Origin: Oscillatoriales cyanobacterium
Lineage (GTDB): Bacteria; Cyanobacteriota; Cyanobacteriia; Cyanobacteriales; Microcoleaceae
Assembly (NCBI GenBank): GCA_004294385.1
Contig: REAP01000032.1
Location: 4,098 to 68,097, forward strand
DNA: 64,000 nt
Direction: 5' to 3'
In this document: positions 59,471 to 64,000 of the stretch, piece after piece
How the letters are laid out: each line of letters begins with the position of its first letter
Position numbering within the stretch: the first letter of the stretch is position 1
Notes under the pieces: model-generated
The model's database searches: none
What the model was told of the DNA's origin: nothing
Seen by the model: only the letters and a program-made list of their open reading frames with translations
Translations under genes and position numbers: made by a program

Positions 59471-59682
59471 CCTTCAACAGAACCGAGATTTTCCTGATTT
59501 CCCTGCCCTCGCTGGCGTGTGATCTGCGTCACCTACAAACCAGTCGCTAGTCACAGTCTCCAAGTCTGGTCGTCACTGAATGACCACAACAATGTCACAC
59601 AAACCAAGTTATAGCCGTCACCGTCAATTCCATATAAATTTTTCATACTAAAGGTGTACAAGTTTTAAAATCCACAAGTGTT

Positions 59683-59916
59683 ATGGTACTGATTCGCGAT
59701 GTTGTCCAACAAGCTATGACAATAGGCTATCTAACTATTGAATCTGAAAATTTATTGCGCCGGATGTTAACGACCACGACTTACGAATTAGAAGACTTAA
59801 ATGCTTTTATGACTTTGCAGTTAGCCGCTATGTCTGGCTTGGTAAAACAAGAGTCTCGTGAATTGAGAGAGTATCAATACTGTGCGGAAGTCGTCTCTGA
59901 CCCTGCCAATTATTGA
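59683..59916 (+). CDS. Small cyanobacterial hypothetical protein
   Basis: LIRDVVQQAMTIGYLTIESE...LEDLNAFMTLQLAAMSGLVKQES. Confidence 0.75.
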   Translation: MVLIRDVVQQAMTIGYLTIESENLLRRMLTTTTYELEDLNAFMTLQLAAMSGLVKQESRELREYQYCAEVVSDPANY

Positions 59917-59963
59917 TCGATCGGCTTTACACACATTCAAATTTAGTCAGGAATATTAAAATC

Positions 59964-60197
59964 ATGTTGATTCGTGACGTGGTAAAACAAGCTATTGCGG
60001 CTGGATATCTGAGCCTGGAAGCGGAAAATCAAATTCAGCAGACGTTCTCCTCAGCGCAGTGCGAATTGGAAGATTTGAATGCTGTTATGAGCTTGCAGTT
60101 GGCGGCAATGGCGGGCCGTGTGAAGCAACAGTCTCTGGAATCGATCAACTTAAAGCCAGGACACGGCACTGCCGTGTCCCTACAATTATCGCGGTAG
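59964..60197 (+). CDS. Tandem paralogue of 59683-59916
   Basis: MLIRDVVKQAIAAGYLSLEAE...LEDLNAVMSLQLAAMAGRVKQQS; ATG at 59964 chosen by alignment. Confidence 0.75.
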   Translation: MLIRDVVKQAIAAGYLSLEAENQIQQTFSSAQCELEDLNAVMSLQLAAMAGRVKQQSLESINLKPGHGTAVSLQLSR

Positions 60198-60267
60198 GGA
60201 AGTGGTACTGCCTTGTCCTCTAGATCATTCCGGTTTTACCGGAATTGAGATCAGCCCCTATCTGTAC

Positions 60268-60486
60268 TTAGTCGATCGAGATTGACTGAGGCCCGTTACT
60301 CTTACCATTGCTGGTTTCGCTGGCGGGAGGGGTGTAGGAAGTTGAACCCGTTTGCTCATCAATCCAGCTTTTAACTGGGTCTTCCTGAAGGTTAAGCCGA
60401 AGCAGACCAGACACAAATCCGCCCGTAAATGCGATCGGCTGTTCAAGCAATTCTTTGACCACCGGGATTAGTTCGTCGAGGAACAT
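60268..60486 (-). CDS. Small conserved cyanobacterial hypothetical protein
   Basis: MFLDEL.P...L.EQPIAFTGGFVSGLLRLNL.EDPVKSW. Confidence 0.75.
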   Translation of the reverse strand: MFLDELIPVVKELLEQPIAFTGGFVSGLLRLNLQEDPVKSWIDEQTGSTSYTPPASETSNGKSNGPQSISID

Positions 60487-60800
60487 TCAAAATTCTCCTT
60501 ATACTGCTAGCCTTATATGTTAACTGTTTTTGGCTCTACGGGGTGGTCGAACCTTTGAGCGGCTGGCATTTTTGTCAAGAATACATTAGCGAAGCCCTCG
60601 TAGAGGATCCCTGAATACTCAAAGATTTCAGGAGTTTATTGATGCCCTCTCCCATCAACAGAGAATGAAACAGCCCTGCGTTGAGGGGGGGGTGCGGAAT
60701 GTGGGTTGAAACCGCCGATCGACCTCAAAAATTTGAGATAAGTTATAAGTTATGGGTCAGATCCGGTTTTATTCTCTCGATCGCCCTTAACTTGCACCTT

Positions 60801-63611
60801 ATGCTCTGCAATTTTTTAAATAACCTATTATTCACCGGAAACTATATTCCTCACGGCCACTGTTACCTGTGGCCGCGAGAATTAGTCGGACTCCACATAG
60901 TCTCAGACTCGGTGATTTCTCTCGCCTATTACTCAATACCTGTATCACTGCTATATGTAGTCTTTCAACGAAAAGACTTGCCCTTTCGTAACATTTTTTG
61001 GCTGTTCGGAGCCTTTATTCTCTCCTGTGGCACTACTCATGTGATGGCAGTTTGGACGCTTTGGCATCCTGTTTATTGGCTTTCTGGCGGATTGAAACTA
61101 ATCACCGCATTGATTTCTGCTTACACCGCTTTCGTATTAATTCCTTTAATTCCTCAAGCATTAGTTCTGGCGACTCCCACTCAATTAGGGATGATTAATC
61201 AAATACTGCAAACAGAAATCGCCGAACGTCGAGAAAGTGACGCTCGCTATCAAACTTTAACCGAAATTTCACCAGTCGGAATATTTTATACTGATGCTTT
61301 TGGAAACTGTTTGTATGTCAACGAACGTTGGTGTCAAATTGCTGGAATGACCTCTGAAGAAGCCTTCGGACAAGGGTGGGCACAAAGCATTCATCCCGAC
61401 GACCGTCAGCACGTTTTTGTTGAATGGTATCGCGCCACAGAGGATAAATTGCCGTTTAAATCTGAGTACCGTTTTAAACATATTAATAACGGTCAGGTGA
61501 GGTGGGTATTTGGTCAAGCTGTAGTCCAAATTGGCAAAAATGGCGAGATTAAAGGTTATGTTGGTACTATTACTGATATTACAGAACGCAAGCAAGTAGA
61601 AGAGGAAAATCGACTTCTGAATGAAAGTCTAGAGCGTCGAGTTGCTGAGCGGACTGCTCAAATCGAAATTTCCAACCAAAAATTGCAAATAGAAATAGCC
61701 TACCGAGAACAAATAGCGACAAATTTATTAGAATTAACGCAACTGCAAAATGCCATTCTTAACAGTGCTAATTACACAATTATTTCTACTGAAACCGATG
61801 GTACAATTAAAACATTTAATCTGGCAGCCCAGCAACTTTTAGGATATTCACTAGAAGAAGTAGTCGGGAAAGTCACACCAGCAATAATTCACGATCCTCT
61901 GGAAATCGTTAAAAGAGCGGAAGTTCTTTCTCAAGCATTGGAAGTAAAAATAAACCCTGGAATTGAAGTTTTTATGGCCTTGCCCTGCCGGGGAATAGCT
62001 GATGAAAATGAATGGACTTACATTCGCAAAGATGGTTCCCGTTTCCCGGTACTGCTGTCGGTGACAGCCTTATTTGACAGCAGTGGAAATATTACTGGTT
62101 TTTTGGGCATTGGTCAGGATATTCGCGATCGCAAACAAGCTGAAAAAGAGCTGCGCGACCTCAATATTGCCATGCAAAATGCGGTAGAAGGCATTTCACG
62201 GCTAGATATTGAGGGACGCTACCTGAAAGTTAACCGAGCTTACGCTCATAAATGCGGTTACGAACCAGAAGAAATGATCGGCATGGAATGGCAGATCACC
62301 GTCCATCCTGACGATGTTGAAATGTTGATATTTGCTTATCAGGAAATGCTAACTTCGGGAAAAGTAGAAGTTGAAGCTAGAGGTGTGCGGCAAAATGGCT
62401 CTTTTTTTTACAAGCAAGTAACCATGGTAACAGCTTGCGATAAAAAAGGGATCTTTAACGGACATCACTGTTTTATGAAAGATATCACCGAGCGCAAACT
62501 AACGGAAAGAGCTTTGCAGGAAAGTGAATCCAAGTACAGACAAATAGTTGAATTAGCAGAAGAAGGTATTTGGGTAATTGACAGCAATGCCCGCACTACT
62601 TACGTCAACCACGCAATGGCGCGAATGCTCGGCTATGAAGAATTAGAAATGTTCGGGAGATCGCTTTTTGATTTCATGGATGAACAGGCCAAAAAGTTAG
62701 CCAACGATCATATGGAGCGGCGCAAGCAAGGAATTGCTGAAAGACACGAGTTTAGACTAAAAAATAAAGATGGTAAAGATGTTTGGACTTATATGTCTAC
62801 CAGTGCAGTCATGGATGAAAAAGGTAATCTGCTGTCATGTTGCGCCTTGGTTTATAATATCACAGACCGCAAGGAATCAGAGCAACAAATGCTACAACTT
62901 ACTGCTGACTTGAAGCGTTCTAATCAGGAATTGGAACAATTTGCTTATGTAGCTTCCCACGATTTGCAAGAACCTCTCAGAGCTGTTACCAGTTACACTC
63001 AATTGTTAGCCCAGCGCTATCAAGGCAATTTGGATACTAAAGCCGATAAATATATTAATCATATTGTTGATGGTGCTTCCAGAATGCAACAATTAATTAA
63101 CGACTTGTTAGCTTATTCGCGATTGGGAACGAGGGCTCAGAAATTTGAAATAGCCGACTGCTACGCTGCGGTGGATCAAAGTTTGTGCAATTTGCAAATT
63201 GCGATCGCCGAAAGGAAAGCTGTCATTACTTGCGACTTAATGCCAACAGTGATGGCAGATGAATTGCAACTGGTGCAACTATTCCAAAACTTGATCGGCA
63301 ATGCCATCAAATTCTGCTGCCAAGATGTGCCCATAATTCACATCTCTGCTATTATACAAGATAATGAATGGCTGTTCAGTGTCCGTGATAACGGTATTGG
63401 CATCGCCTCAGAGTATGCCGATCGCATTTTTATCATTTTTCAACGCCTGCACTCCCGTCGAGAATACTTAGGCACTGGTATAGGTTTGGCGATGTGCAAG
63501 CGAATTGTAGAACGCCACGGCGGACGGATCTGGGTTGAATCTCTATCGGGAGAAGGAGCGACTTTTTACTTTACTATTCCGATCATTAACAGTTGCACCA
63601 TCAAAATTTGA
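60801..63611 (+). CDS. Sensor histidine kinase with ethylene-receptor-like TM domain and four PAS domains
   Basis: PHGHCYLW...SDSVISLAYYSIP...FILSCGTTH; four PAS/PAC blocks; ASHDLQEPL; NLIGNAIKF; DNGIG; GTGIGL. Probable start ATG 60801. Confidence 0.88.
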   Translation: MLCNFLNNLLFTGNYIPHGHCYLWPRELVGLHIVSDSVISLAYYSIPVSLLYVVFQRKDLPFRNIFWLFGAFILSCGTTHVMAVWTLWHPVYWLSGGLKLITALISAYTAFVLIPLIPQALVLATPTQLGMINQILQTEIAERRESDARYQTLTEISPVGIFYTDAFGNCLYVNERWCQIAGMTSEEAFGQGWAQSIHPDDRQHVFVEWYRATEDKLPFKSEYRFKHINNGQVRWVFGQAVVQIGKNGEIKGYVGTITDITERKQVEEENRLLNESLERRVAERTAQIEISNQKLQIEIAYREQIATNLLELTQLQNAILNSANYTIISTETDGTIKTFNLAAQQLLGYSLEEVVGKVTPAIIHDPLEIVKRAEVLSQALEVKINPGIEVFMALPCRGIADENEWTYIRKDGSRFPVLLSVTALFDSSGNITGFLGIGQDIRDRKQAEKELRDLNIAMQNAVEGISRLDIEGRYLKVNRAYAHKCGYEPEEMIGMEWQITVHPDDVEMLIFAYQEMLTSGKVEVEARGVRQNGSFFYKQVTMVTACDKKGIFNGHHCFMKDITERKLTERALQESESKYRQIVELAEEGIWVIDSNARTTYVNHAMARMLGYEELEMFGRSLFDFMDEQAKKLANDHMERRKQGIAERHEFRLKNKDGKDVWTYMSTSAVMDEKGNLLSCCALVYNITDRKESEQQMLQLTADLKRSNQELEQFAYVASHDLQEPLRAVTSYTQLLAQRYQGNLDTKADKYINHIVDGASRMQQLINDLLAYSRLGTRAQKFEIADCYAAVDQSLCNLQIAIAERKAVITCDLMPTVMADELQLVQLFQNLIGNAIKFCCQDVPIIHISAIIQDNEWLFSVRDNGIGIASEYADRIFIIFQRLHSRREYLGTGIGLAMCKRIVERHGGRIWVESLSGEGATFYFTIPIINSCTIKI

Positions 63612-63647
63612 ATATTTTGGTTATATAATCACAAGGATACGCCCATT

Positions 63648-64000
63648 ATGAGTGCTCAAACTCAAGTTAAACCAATAGAAATTTTGTTGGTTGAAGACTC
63701 TCCCAGCGATGCTGACTTGGCAATGGAAGCCCTCAGCCACGGTAAGATTTTGAATAACTTGAACTTTGTGGAGGATGGAGTCGAAGCAATCAAGTTTTTA
63801 CGAAAGCAAGCGCCCTATATCAAAGTACCGCGTCCCGACTTAATTTTACTCGATTTGAACTTGCCGAAAAAAAGCGGTGTAGAAGTGCTCCAAGAAATTA
63901 AGACAGACCCAAATTTAAAACTAATTCCAGTATTGATTCTCACCACTTCGTCAGCCCAAGAGGATATTATCAAGTCCTACTCGCTGCACGCCAACTGTTA
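63648..64000 (+). CDS. Stand-alone response regulator (Rcp1-like), truncated by the window edge
   Basis: Manual translation MSAQTQVKPIEILLVEDSPSD...PRPDLILLDLNLPKKSGVEVL...IPVLILTTS...YSLHANC. Confidence 0.9.
   Translation, partial: MSAQTQVKPIEILLVEDSPSDADLAMEALSHGKILNNLNFVEDGVEAIKFLRKQAPYIKVPRPDLILLDLNLPKKSGVEVLQEIKTDPNLKLIPVLILTTSSAQEDIIKSYSLHANC

Larger units (their letters stand above)
1..64000. repeat. HIP1 octamer GCGATCGC dispersed through the window
   Basis: Many copies in coding and non-coding DNA, e.g. near 3734, 4219, 4633, 6427, 10510, 13464; hallmark of many cyanobacteria. Confidence 0.9.

Noticed and set aside
1-64000. tRNA, rRNA, prophage or integrase genes
   Set aside because: No cloverleaf, rRNA-like, phage structural or tyrosine/serine recombinase sequence recognised by eye; tRNAscan/Infernal would be needed to exclude small ncRNAs.

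Overview
Window from a filamentous cyanobacterium, probably Oscillatoriales/Microcoleus-like. Evidence: frequent HIP1 GCGATCGC, heptamer STRR repeats, NtcA promoters and a CAAD-bearing IleRS. Recognisable housekeeping content: the nirA-nrtABCD nitrate/nitrite operon with two NtcA-type promoters, ileS, bcp, a monofunctional catalase, a UDP-sugar epimerase, an MscS-family gene, two EamA transporters, large RTX/SBBP/S8 secreted proteins, and an ethylene-receptor-like PAS histidine kinase with a response regulator. Three loci stand out. (1) 6839-13091: a four-gene minus-strand cluster encoding a calmodulin-like 4xEF-hand domain fused to an ERV/ALR-type (CPYC) sulfhydryl-oxidase domain, a small unknown protein, a ~8-TM His-bearing membrane protein with EF-hands, and a double-globin/TM/pentapeptide-repeat protein. 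This is a candidate uncharacterised Ca2+/O2(NO)/thiol-redox signalling system. (2) 42520-49460: a visibly AT-rich island with a TA pair, a STAND ATPase and a co-oriented GIY-YIG / vWA / PP2C-TPR / Ser-Thr kinase / Zn-ribbon-YbjN-like run. This is a candidate phosphorylation-switched defence system resembling, but not identical to, TerY-P. (3) 34775-36134: an IS200-like HUH/Y1 transposase embedded in arrays of REPIN-like double-hairpin repeats whose copies are scattered across the window. All family assignments are from motif recognition by eye; no database searches were run.
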